Source: a virus
Taxonomy: Duplodnaviria > Caudoviricetes
Virus record (IMG/VR): IMGVR_UViG_3300037048_000031
Span: 1 to 58,011 of that record
Length of the DNA stretch: 58,011 nucleotides
Reading direction: 5' to 3' (one strand)
Shown here: in pieces, positions 10,801-17,440 of the stretch
Layout of the letters: each line of letters opens with the position of its first letter
How positions within the stretch are numbered: position 1 is the first letter of the stretch
Made by a program: the position numbers and the translations under genes
The notes under the pieces: model-generated
Database searches by the model: none
What the model was told of the DNA's origin: nothing
What the model saw: the letters and a program-made list of their open reading frames with translations, nothing else

Positions 10801-13800
10801 TACATAGGGCTCATAAACAGAATCGGTGAGTTCGTCTTCGTGCTGGACCCGATCAGTTTTTTCAAGGCTTAACTTGTTATCGGTTCCGCTTTCAGTCCCA
10901 GGGATGGAGCCAGTAGTTCCGTCAGCCTGTCCAATATCGACCAGGCCAGATCCTTCGGTTTTTTGTGGTTTTCGAGTAGATCCAAGGTTTCCTCCGGGTC
11001 GTTCGGGTTTGGTGATTCCAGGCGTTGCATTACCAGGGCCGGCGATTGCTGCATTAGGATCGGTATCGAGTCTCGCACCCGGTAATCCACCTTGAGGCCG
11101 TTCTCCGCTCCCCATAAGGCCAGTTGCAGGCAATACAGATCCGACGGGTCTGGCGCCTCCCCCGCTTCCTTGAGAAATTCCCTTGATGTCTTGTTGAGAG
11201 GTAAGCTGTTTTCCTTTAATTCTTTCATCGCGCACCCCCTTTAGAAGATCGATGGCGTCTTCCACCTTCTCAACGTATCCGGTGATGGTGGGTTTTGTTT
11301 CAGACGGAGAGATTTTATCGAACACAAGAAGTTGATTGCCGAAAGTCGTTCCATACTTCTGATATTCTTTTCCGGAGATCCCTATGTCTGCTCTTAAAGT
11401 ATAGTCATTACCTAACGATGTCAACCACTTTTTAAATGCCTGGGTCTCGGTTATCCCTTTGCCCAGGATAACGACAGATCTTCCTTCCGGCTCAAGCCTC
11501 TTTAACGCCTGTTCAACATGCTTAAATCCTTCCGTCGATGATGTTTTTTCTAACCGGCCTGCGGTTGCGCTGAACGGCGGATTCATAACAATAACTGACG
11601 GTTTTATGACTTTAGGCAGGACGTTGTTGAGTTGTTCGCCGTTTTCACCGAGCACCAAGTCAAAGCCCATTTGCAAAAGAAGATCCCTGCGCCGGGGCGA
11701 TAGTTCATTTACAACAACCTTGGCTCCGGCGAGTTTTCCGAATACAGCGAGGCCGCCTATTCCTGCAGACGGTTCAAGGTACAATTCCCCGTTCTGAATA
11801 TTGGCTACCCAATTAGCAAGATAGCTGATTGTCGGCGGAGTTGAAAACTGTTGAAACTGATCCATTTCCGCTGTGCGTTTCGTTTGCGTCGGTATCTTTT
11901 CTATTACCTGTAATCTTAAATCCCTTAAGTTCCCCTTCGCCCATTGTGCGTCCTCGGTTGGATCGAAGAACGAATAGGATTTTTCCCGCGAGACCTGAAC
12001 TTTCTTTTCGGCTATGAACTTATTAATCCCAAGCTCCATGGCGTCATAAGCATCTTTCGAAGTGTATTTGCCCTCCGCCTGTGTCCCAAAGAACGCCTCA
12101 TCGGCCCATCCAAAGAGGGTATTTGTATCTAAAGGAGCCTTGCTGCTTTCAAGAAATGCGGCAACCTTGCCGGCAATCTTATTGTTTGCTATCTGTTTGA
12201 GTGCTTGAAGTTGATCTGTTACAACCGGCCTGTCATTCTGATAAAAATGAATGATGTACGGTTTTGCCTTTTCCATGGGAACGCCGCGAGATTCCATTTT
12301 CTGAATGATATCTTTGATCCATTCCTTTACCTCGCGCCCACTTGGCAAGAATTGATTGTATGATTCAAGGAAGAGAGGCTTGACGGCTTTATATACGTTC
12401 GGATCAATTAATGACGGCTTATACTCTGCCTCTGGCTCTTTGATGGTTTTGAATATATCAGCCAGGGCATCATAGGTCTTTTCGGAACTATCCCCGGCTA
12501 TCTCGGTCTTTGCTTCATCAAACAGATCGCTTAACTCTGAATCCGTGAGGGCTTCGCCTACTTTTTTGGCGGGAGTTGCTTCGGGCGGCTTTGCTTCAAC
12601 TTCCTTTTTTAATAGATCAGCGGATACGGTGTTATTCCCTGCGTCGGTCGATACGAGCACAAGTCCCTGATCCCGATAGTCCTGTCCTATCGAGCCGGTT
12701 TGTCTTTTTGCTACTTTGCCGGTATGGATTTCGCCCTTGCTGTCAGTCCATGAAACTTTATCGCCAGGAGTGAATGATTTTGCGAGAGCAACGGCATCTT
12801 TTCTTTCCTCCGGGGTTTTTTCGGCAAACTTTTCCATTGTCGGCTTTGCCGGCTGGCTTTCAGGCTTGGCAGTACCCTCCCCGGCCTTAATCTCCGGTTT
12901 GGCGTCATCTGGTGAAGCCGCCTTGGGAACGCTTGGGGCTGTAGGGGTTGCTGGAACATCAGGGGTATAAACCGGCTTTCCCAATTCTTTTTTATCAAGA
13001 TAGGAATAGTCTGTTCCGGTAAGCTCTGATACTTCTCTTTTAGAATACGGGCCTCGATACCCAACGGCATCCGATGGGTATGTGAATATCGGCCTATCGT
13101 CGGCGTTTATGTACCATTTTGCTTTTTCGGCCTCGGCTTTCGGTGCTGGCTTCCCAAACAGATCCGGTTCAACTACGGTTTCTTCGGCTGGTTTAACAAC
13201 TTCGGGTCCACTATCCTTAGAAACTCCCCCGCTACCTGATTCCAATCGTCCTGCGATAACGTCTGGAATTGCGGCTCGGAGTTCGGTATAGAAGTTTTGT
13301 TTGATTTCGTTTCTGGTTCCTGTGGATTTTGCATTTGCTAATTCCTCCGCATATTTATTTAAGAGGTCGTTTATAATTCCTTTTATGGATGCGAATCTTG
13401 CAAGGGCCTCGGATGCTGTCTTTGCATCTTCGGCTATTTTCTTGCTCCTGTCAACATCAACGGTGCTTCCCTCTTCGGTAAGCCTTTGAGCTTTTGAAGA
13501 CTTACTTACCAGCCCGAATAGGCTCTTGTCCTCGGCTATTTGTTTCGCCGCGTATTCGCGGAGTTCGGTTCTTTCTACGATAATCGGGGTCTCGGTGACT
13601 TCATCGCCAAACAGGATCTTCTGAACATGGACTATTTTAGGTATGCCGTTTATTTCATTGGTATATTCCTCGACAAAACGATCCGTTATCCGTCTGCCCT
13701 TTGTCTTTTCCCTTAAAAGTGATTTTACAGTAAGCCATTGGGTGTCTTCGCTCTCAATCGAATTGCCAATAATTACGCCCCATTCTTCCGGGATCTCGCC

Positions 13801-16113
13801 GTTTTGAATCGCGGTTATAATTCCTCTGTCAAGTTTAGACAAGGCAAAACCCTTTTGGGCGAGCGAGCGCTTTAACGATATGCCGTATTCCTCTTCAAGC
13901 TGCTTCCCTGTCTTCCCGGATTCCCTTAAGGCGATAGCTGCATCAACCGGCTCTCCGTGTCCTTCTGCTATATTGATTAATGCGCCTATCATTTTGGCGT
14001 TTTTTGCGTCGGGCGCGTTGATATATTTGATATCGAGGTTTTTGACTCCGAGCGCTGCGGCTCTTTCGTACCTGTGATGTCCATTAATAATATATGTTTT
14101 CCCATCTGCAGGGTCTTTCCAGGCAGCAACAACTCCGGCCAGATCCGGATTCCATACCTTAATATGTTTTAGGGATGAATCAACTCCGCCTTGTCCGAGA
14201 TTCCGGCGCCATTGAAATTTTTCAGGCGCTACGGTTAGGGATTCAATCGGAACAGAAAGCACTTGACCCTGGGCCTGTTTTGGTGGCTCGAAAGAGGCGG
14301 TCGAGTCTGGCGAAGTCTCAGGGGCAAGCGGTTTCTCCGGGGCTTTAATTTCCGGCCATGTCTCAATGTCTGAATAGTCCTGCTTGTGAAGTTTAACAGC
14401 GTCTTCCGGGGTTAATTCGCCGGATGCAATGGCCTGTTTAACGAATTCCCTATGAGCTGAACCGGCAGCTATTGTAAATTGTCCTTCCGTTCCAAACGGC
14501 GATCCGTCCGGGAGAAACTTATTTCCTAACTTGTTTTTGGCGTTCTGGATGAATTCATCCCGGCCCATCAAGTGTCTTTCTTTTTCAGGAATGGCGGGCT
14601 CTTCCGGAGTTTCCGGTTTGACCTCAACGGGAGGAACTATCGGCTTGGCTGCCTTTGCATCGATTATTATCTTATTGAGTTCATCTTCAAGGTGCGGGAA
14701 CTGTGAAACAATCGTATTTTTACCAGAAATAAGAGTCTGGATATCCGCACCGGTCTCGGCCTGTTCCTTAAAAGCGTCGTATATTTGCTTGGTCTGGGCC
14801 TTGGGATCGGCCGCAGCGGCGGTTTCAGGAACGGTTTCTACAGCGGGAGCGAATTCTTTCTCTAATATAGCCGCTATTTCAGGCTCGGTATATAACTGGT
14901 TTGTTTCAGGGTTAAGCTCTCTCTTTAGTATCTCCGCTCTCTTTATCGCCTGATTGCTTCTGAGCCCAGGACCGATTGAGGGTTTTGGTACGAGAGGCTT
15001 TTCAACGGGCCATTTTATTCCGTTTGCTTTGGCAAATGCGGCCGCCGCCCCTTCCGGTTGCTTATTAAATACCTGGTCAATGGTGAATCCTTTTTTAATC
15101 AGGTCGTCGGGAGAAAAACCCTTATCCAGCAAATCATCTACCGGATATCCCCTTGCTATCATGTCGTCCAGATTTTGAACCACAAGGCCGCGCTCTTTGA
15201 CGGTAAGACGCCTGAACCAATTCGAATCAACCATCTTCTGTAAGGCTATGCCGGTAGCTCCCAGGGCGCCCTCTAACCCTGCAAAGAACAGGGCGTCGTC
15301 TTTCATGGCTTCCGGTGTGCCTTGTGTTGTTCCGCCGTATATTGTGCCTGCGGCTCCGCCCCTCAATGCGTGTGCGGCTATTTGTTCGACCGCTGATCCG
15401 GAGCTTAAAACAAGGTCGGTTGGCAGGCCCATAGCTGCCATTATTTCGTTTGCTGCCCTGAAAGCGAGCCTGATCGGTACGGTGGCGCCGGTCAGTTGCG
15501 CCGCTGTGCCAATAATCGCGGGTCCGGCACCCGGTATGTTTTTACCTGACGCTTTTAACGCCTCGTCAATAGGCGAAATATAATCTTTTCCCATAAAGGT
15601 CTTTGTATAGACGTTACCGACACTCGTTTCCAATGCTCTTGGAATTACGCCTCTTGTAAATGCGGCGAGCGCATAAGCAGGGAGAGACATCATTAACAAG
15701 CCCCTCTTATTGCCTGTCTCGAAGTTTTCTTCGGACGTTGGAACTTCTTTGCCGGTCAAGGTGGATATCGGGCGCCCGGCTGGTTGCCACCTTGGTTTAT
15801 TGGCGTCAGCGATTTCCTTCATTTTTCCGCTTAATCCGGCGGACTCCTGGATCGCGGCCTCGGCGCCCATGTCATAATCGATAGGCTGCCTCTGCACAAA
15901 CAGCTTCCCACCCTTCCCGGTTAAGTCGTATCCGCCTTTTGGGGTTACAACTTCGGGCTCCTTCGTGACAACTTCCGGTAAATCTTGAAGGTATTCGTTT
16001 TGCTCCGGATCGGTAGCGTCGGGAATATCCTGCAGATATTCATTTTCTTCGGGATTAGTGTAATCAGGTTTCTTTTTAGAAGAGAATAGCCCGGTCAAAA
16101 AATCGATAAGCAT
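1831..16113 (-). CDS. 4760-aa large polyvalent protein, probably an ejected internal virion protein: ParB-like, adenine MTase, Strawberry-notch SF2 helicase (DarB-like pairing), JAB/MPN, zincin peptidase, ART-like, helical C-terminus
   Basis: IINGHHRY (~14080); STPP, LEPSAGIG and NPPF (11570-11850); GDGTGVGKG, VFDESH and QGFGRTHRS; HNHPSG (~7100); HEISH (6127-6141); YHGT...GTGEG...YGWGWY (5700-5820). It is the last gene of the virion operon. Confidence 0.9.
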   Translation of the reverse strand: MLIDFLTGLFSSKKKPDYTNPEENEYLQDIPDATDPEQNEYLQDLPEVVTKEPEVVTPKGGYDLTGKGGKLFVQRQPIDYDMGAEAAIQESAGLSGKMKEIADANKPRWQPAGRPISTLTGKEVPTSEENFETGNKRGLLMMSLPAYALAAFTRGVIPRALETSVGNVYTKTFMGKDYISPIDEALKASGKNIPGAGPAIIGTAAQLTGATVPIRLAFRAANEIMAAMGLPTDLVLSSGSAVEQIAAHALRGGAAGTIYGGTTQGTPEAMKDDALFFAGLEGALGATGIALQKMVDSNWFRRLTVKERGLVVQNLDDMIARGYPVDDLLDKGFSPDDLIKKGFTIDQVFNKQPEGAAAAFAKANGIKWPVEKPLVPKPSIGPGLRSNQAIKRAEILKRELNPETNQLYTEPEIAAILEKEFAPAVETVPETAAAADPKAQTKQIYDAFKEQAETGADIQTLISGKNTIVSQFPHLEDELNKIIIDAKAAKPIVPPVEVKPETPEEPAIPEKERHLMGRDEFIQNAKNKLGNKFLPDGSPFGTEGQFTIAAGSAHREFVKQAIASGELTPEDAVKLHKQDYSDIETWPEIKAPEKPLAPETSPDSTASFEPPKQAQGQVLSVPIESLTVAPEKFQWRRNLGQGGVDSSLKHIKVWNPDLAGVVAAWKDPADGKTYIINGHHRYERAAALGVKNLDIKYINAPDAKNAKMIGALINIAEGHGEPVDAAIALRESGKTGKQLEEEYGISLKRSLAQKGFALSKLDRGIITAIQNGEIPEEWGVIIGNSIESEDTQWLTVKSLLREKTKGRRITDRFVEEYTNEINGIPKIVHVQKILFGDEVTETPIIVERTELREYAAKQIAEDKSLFGLVSKSSKAQRLTEEGSTVDVDRSKKIAEDAKTASEALARFASIKGIINDLLNKYAEELANAKSTGTRNEIKQNFYTELRAAIPDVIAGRLESGSGGVSKDSGPEVVKPAEETVVEPDLFGKPAPKAEAEKAKWYINADDRPIFTYPSDAVGYRGPYSKREVSELTGTDYSYLDKKELGKPVYTPDVPATPTAPSVPKAASPDDAKPEIKAGEGTAKPESQPAKPTMEKFAEKTPEERKDAVALAKSFTPGDKVSWTDSKGEIHTGKVAKRQTGSIGQDYRDQGLVLVSTDAGNNTVSADLLKKEVEAKPPEATPAKKVGEALTDSELSDLFDEAKTEIAGDSSEKTYDALADIFKTIKEPEAEYKPSLIDPNVYKAVKPLFLESYNQFLPSGREVKEWIKDIIQKMESRGVPMEKAKPYIIHFYQNDRPVVTDQLQALKQIANNKIAGKVAAFLESSKAPLDTNTLFGWADEAFFGTQAEGKYTSKDAYDAMELGINKFIAEKKVQVSREKSYSFFDPTEDAQWAKGNLRDLRLQVIEKIPTQTKRTAEMDQFQQFSTPPTISYLANWVANIQNGELYLEPSAGIGGLAVFGKLAGAKVVVNELSPRRRDLLLQMGFDLVLGENGEQLNNVLPKVIKPSVIVMNPPFSATAGRLEKTSSTEGFKHVEQALKRLEPEGRSVVILGKGITETQAFKKWLTSLGNDYTLRADIGISGKEYQKYGTTFGNQLLVFDKISPSETKPTITGYVEKVEDAIDLLKGVRDERIKGKQLTSQQDIKGISQGSGGGARPVGSVLPATGLMGSGERPQGGLPGARLDTDPNAAIAGPGNATPGITKPERPGGNLGSTRKPQKTEGSGLVDIGQADGTTGSIPGTESGTDNKLSLEKTDRVQHEDELTDSVYEPYVPQKVKIAGAKIHPGKLVESAAMSAVEPPDPKYTPRIAQDIIDTGKLSAAQLESIVYAGQAHSQTLENGSRRGYFIGDGTGVGKGREIGGILLDNWNQGRHKAIWISQNSPLIEDAKRDVKGIGWKPELIIDLSKTKVSNKIPEKQKGVYFVGYPLLKSEGQKTPDEKRRGVSSEHSRLKQLVDWFGKDYDGVIVFDESHNMGNALAVRGKRGTSKPSKTALSGVELQRQLPNARVVYVSATGATEVMNLAYADRLGLWGEGTPFANKGDFVNQISSGGLAAMELVARDMKAMGQYLSRSLSYEDVKYESLQHLLSPQQREKYDEFAGAWQMVLADVEAALAITNGDKNGKSKGAALAQFWGSSQRFFNQVITSMQTPAVVNSIEKDLKNGHAVVIQIVNTNEAATGRALAKLEEEDCLEDLDLTPKEMIMDYVRNSFPVAQYEESLDDDGNIIYVAVLDSAGNPVENADAVAKREELLDKLGSIRGIDGPMEILLDHFGTDKVAEITGRTRRVVYGKDAQGNKVKVIERRSKSKTMSDADAFMNDKKPILIFSYAGGTGRSYHADLAAKNQRLRRHYLLQAGWRADRAIQGFGRTHRSSQKQAPEYVLVTTDIIGQKRFISSIARRLDQLGALTKGQRQTGSGGFFTARDNLESEYAQDALNSMIFDIFRGRSSMTMSEFMQQTGLKNLVDKKTGALNQTAMPVVTQFLNRLLAMNLDKQAEVFEDFSARLDANVRSALERGDLDVGLETLKAKGIKKVSEKPVYVDKSGAKTNYVELDVTQDARLLSFDEARISYSGWGFYQNIKSGQIWGASASRSKTNPNTGAIMSYHQLRGPGGTFHNVELDKLIDPERYINLTREQAEDLWDRELAALPKTITYRENIITGTILPIWDRLKGYGRIMRLQTDDGERMIGRYIPAEFLKETLENLGVSASEQNRSPEEVFSQILGHGVQVKLSNGWKIVRRRVSGENRIEIVGPDYRHTSELDKHGVFQERIQYETRYFIPTTENGIDTLAAITKNRPIVNMTIPTKLKENIPDSISEPTAGYENKTELPTYTMSEKGVLTSTPGKDYINEQQGSLFGDEKPKRKEKQGSLFGATIPGPKLRPDNASPGVDVLRGREIPDGGRNLRRTSYTPDSGTIPEVSSKPIGTWKSSRSSINSVEDAAVIARDNIGSDAQETLISLVTDNSGKILAINQHSIGGTGVSQIYPAILSGQILNVPGAKNAWLIHNHPSGKATLTPEDITAGSNIGRLLDKSGIRVQPVIAITPANYSSVGTPDRVMPAKGKAVHSFDVLGRKFDQHPEGLIGITDQIKLSEFGDKHLPDGGIILINGQNNPLAVIKISDYSKLKPSHLDVLKEAERRNAAGFIVYDKNKTLSESDLRNLVGFQNSSSLGLITAVDKTGDRFDDIVLRKTASGGKMEFFSIKGQGGKTNEGRRAVGENKNGERGSVLPEVREEHARQVDAQRQVSAKNPQAPSAFREACEKGQGLTHYPEGYSDPEFAELRDISEGHGLDLVPVKDTSDTINAVIRDGRVFLNMMREKGSDTLKHVVLHEISHARGNETTQEKIDTQSEAFRKYRHKLSWYYFGTPSRLLSTKHVLEEFAADLESGVDSRYGIKLADGLKKGETVAPITIDRVSQTGKEARKARGPPENETYMVTYHGTPHVWPPEKGFPHGRPRLDKTGTGEGAAAYGWGWYSAEAEGTGKEYRERLAHDGINKKIEREYNQEVLDSWKSFKQISPEQAREFMLAIKDIAYNTPSEEDYAAELQNTLGGYSKVEDIDVSDAKRVTFPEDFFTRKEAASLYKLDIPDDVIPKLLDWDKPADKKIWVKILTQMRKENLPDIWSDSGMGKIHGLIGNETGQKIYASLSKTLGSYKNVSEFLARAGIPGNKYLDQMSRDRVPLKIHELNGELWVQDNTTGKMLKFESRAEAEKFSRKSITYNYVIWDQKVLDRVALLERNGERLDAMRKAEGERYSIRNKETPGSLFPEVNKRLEESKGIKYASLTDKTKDALVTGWESFTRHFPHLDPKTDGEVIDIFRRFQDVPGWSKHETIRRLEEFVGKLSPGDRHVFTMNIILPDMLRDLDSGPLQIEEDQELPFGYKNKEEVQQDRDNFKDLADNNPAIKEALAKRNSFMKSLTDQLVEHDLLDGEKAKDPASYFHHQVLDYMNYKENPNWGIASKDVRTHRKGWQIGRVGSTLDYNTEYVESEFEVISQALTQIETVKTLKRIKDAADIKPELEAQAKDQNMKTFYKKAMTNPLEDPLAPYKQQIAIGYSKLGKMVAAGTLEAPSSFDDVIEHIADQAEIRKASKQDGVEFNPESHPRMFALLNYLVTHGGPGSGPAASIFKAIVDRNAFIKQVVGKDWVTYNDLIPEGYEAHKPEARSAFFFANTMTDQALSMVVSGKKDLNDVIKRELVRGYDEIWIVKKGISKTLNDFRPAIEGSLPERISADMLSVWKQWVLMNPYRVIKYNLNNMSGDLDICLAYDPKIVWNYFRPAFKDLVAASRGKAASSLLDDLSEMNKLGVIGSGMTNIDIPELSGVESIKGLVDFFDGKSKNALTRWYNMNKQLSTLRENILRLAAYRYFLDKLNKGELVYGASRKTEVDPIEDKSEKAAKLARELVGDYGNISHAGQWVRKRLIPFFSWAEINAPRYVRLLKNMKHEGSDKKWKYGGAATAFAWKGTKLALKASALMGMVMMWNAAMFPKEERELQRSGREQLHLILYRRKDGSIVTIRFQGALSDALAWFGMSNPVEQIKEVYKGEKGSGELTKDVGFGWLLKLFQGLRPEAKLLFETLSGQGFYPDPLHPRPIRDTTEHILRTFSLDKLYNMAAGKPRKGGSWESQLLRDIEGMLLYEADPGEQAYYTIRKDVFDWLEKNGKEKPVTMPTGRANNLYYYKQALKYGDFDAAQRYLKKYEEAGGKWKNIRTSIKRADPLASLGGRDRRKFRETLTPEQKQTLLIASEWYKRHYVDTYRDPRARKAATE
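6330..6500 (-). CDS. Putative nested 56-aa protein in the +1 frame of the giant gene
   Basis: GGAGGG-aaaacaa-ATG start; MKDEEPLVRIKTENGEAYYPKFEKNTRDKWTPK...; lies in the linker before the HExxH domain. Confidence 0.55.
   Translation of the reverse strand: MKDEEPLVRIKTENGEAYYPKFEKNTRDKWTPKDKSLQKTLRHRARSEKPVKKGRG
7323..7553 (-). CDS. Putative nested 76-aa protein in the +1 frame of the giant gene, just before the JAB domain
   Basis: AGGGGAG precedes GTG/ATG (7556/7553); directly downstream of an internal promoter-like sequence. Confidence 0.45.
   Translation of the reverse strand: MKNQSEKKNKEVCSVRQYPVQNCGLTTHRPVLTYYADGRYPTVDGTYDEPATHLIPERSPKSAPSLSEHGSPQEAQ
7582..7611 (-). promoter_or_regulatory. 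Internal sigma70-type promoter within the giant gene
   Basis: TTGACA (7611-7606), 18-nt spacer, TATATT (7587-7582). Confidence 0.6.
10869..11228 (-). CDS. Putative nested 119-aa helical protein in the +1 frame, between the MTase and helicase domains
   Basis: AGGGGGT-gcgcg-ATG start. The nested frame has globular amphipathic composition while the host frame is G/P/S/R-rich and low-complexity. Confidence 0.7.
   Translation of the reverse strand: MKELKENSLPLNKTSREFLKEAGEAPDPSDLYCLQLALWGAENGLKVDYRVRDSIPILMQQSPALVMQRLESPNPNDPEETLDLLENHKKPKDLAWSILDRLTELLAPSLGLKAEPITS
13173..13334 (-). CDS. Putative nested 53-aa protein in the +1 frame after the ParB-like module (below the ORF-track cutoff)
   Basis: GGAGG-aattagcaa-ATG start; MQNPQEPETKSNKTSIPNSEPQFQTLSQDDWNQVAGEFLRIVDPKLLNQPKKP*. 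Confidence 0.55.
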   Translation of the reverse strand: MQNPQEPETKSNKTSIPNSEPQFQTLSQDDWNQVAGEFLRIVDPKLLNQPKKP

Positions 16114-16131
16114 GTCAACTCCATTGAAACA

Positions 16132-17439
16132 TTAATAAGGTTGGCCTGTTATTTGCTGATATTTCTTTTTGATATTACCGGCTTGATCCGGTCTTATCTT
16201 TATTGCGGCGTCAGCCTTCGCTCTTTCTGCAGCTACATCCACTTTTCCAGCCGGCTCCTTTCCTTTTGCTGTTTTTGTGACAACACCACTCGACGGCGCG
16301 GAAGATTTTTCGGGCATCGTTTCGTAATATGCTCCGGCTTCGTCAGCGGCCTTTTGAGCCTCTTCAGCGGTCCCCCCGCTTCTAACCATAGCTCCATATA
16401 CCCCGCCCACAAATTTAGTTTTTGACAGCTTCCCAGGTTCAAGAATCGACATAGCTTCCGCGTCTGTCATTCCCCTGGCTACAAGAAACTCAAAATTCTT
16501 TTGAAGAGCCGTTTTCTTTTCAGCTCCGCCGATCTTTCCCTTAGCCTTTCCAGCATCAACAATACCCCGCCAATTTTTAGCCGCAACTTCTGGGGCTGTT
16601 CCTTTTGCTGTCTCTGCCTTAATAAAGGTCTTTTCTGCGTCCAGGTCGCCGGCCGGTTTAGAGTTTTTATATATCTCTGATACTTTGCCGTCCTTGGGGT
16701 TAATCATGACAAGGCTATCGCCCTCTTTCATTTGTTTAACCTGGTCTGTGTCTTTGAGTAGTTGGACGGGCAAAACCTGGCCGGTCCTGGAGTTGACCTT
16801 CAGGGCTGTGTTACCGTCTTTTGATATCGTCACCTTCCATTCGCTTTTAAGGCTCTTCAAGTCGATCCCGCCGAATTCCTTTTTCAGATACGAGTTATTC
16901 CAGACCTTTTCCGCTGCTTCGGGATCGAGGGTGGCTAACTTCTCAACATTGGACATGTACTTTAATTTCAATTCCTCGGCGCTTTTATAGTCACCGTGTT
17001 TGATATACGCTCCGATAATCTTATTGTGCATATCCGCGTTGATTTCAAGGCGCTTATTGTTATTATTGGCAGAAGGAAGTGCCGCTGCTTTCTCGGTAAC
17101 CCCTGCTGCAGCTTGAAGGTTTGAGGCTGGTTGCTCAGGCGTTACACCGGCCATTTTTACAGCTTCGGGAGATGCGCCCTGGACGGCTATAGGCTCTCCT
17201 TGTTTCGGATCGCGCTGTCCTGCCGGCGGACTCTCTTTGTCATATTCAGCGAGTTTTGATTCGGCCTCTTTGTAAATATCGCCTATCTCCTTTTCGAGAG
17301 CGTCCTTCTTTTTCCTTTCTTCCTGCTGAACGCGATCGGCTTTTATTGTCCTCCCCATGGCGAGTCCGGATTTTATTGCGCCCGTCATATCAGGCGTGTC
17401 TGGTGTCGGATAAATATAATGCGGCGCTTGAAATGGCAT
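16132..17439 (-). CDS. Putative internal virion / DNA ejection protein
   Basis: GGAGG SD before MPFQAPH (17439); helical, Ala/Lys/Glu-rich; positioned before the giant gene. Confidence 0.6.
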   Translation of the reverse strand: MPFQAPHYIYPTPDTPDMTGAIKSGLAMGRTIKADRVQQEERKKKDALEKEIGDIYKEAESKLAEYDKESPPAGQRDPKQGEPIAVQGASPEAVKMAGVTPEQPASNLQAAAGVTEKAAALPSANNNNKRLEINADMHNKIIGAYIKHGDYKSAEELKLKYMSNVEKLATLDPEAAEKVWNNSYLKKEFGGIDLKSLKSEWKVTISKDGNTALKVNSRTGQVLPVQLLKDTDQVKQMKEGDSLVMINPKDGKVSEIYKNSKPAGDLDAEKTFIKAETAKGTAPEVAAKNWRGIVDAGKAKGKIGGAEKKTALQKNFEFLVARGMTDAEAMSILEPGKLSKTKFVGGVYGAMVRSGGTAEEAQKAADEAGAYYETMPEKSSAPSSGVVTKTAKGKEPAGKVDVAAERAKADAAIKIRPDQAGNIKKKYQQITGQPY

Positions 17440-17440
17440 A

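Noticed and set aside
12711-13070. Additional nested +1 ORF (119 aa)
   Set aside because: No SD before the ATG, and its composition is that expected from a shadow of the Pro/Ala/Glu-rich main frame.
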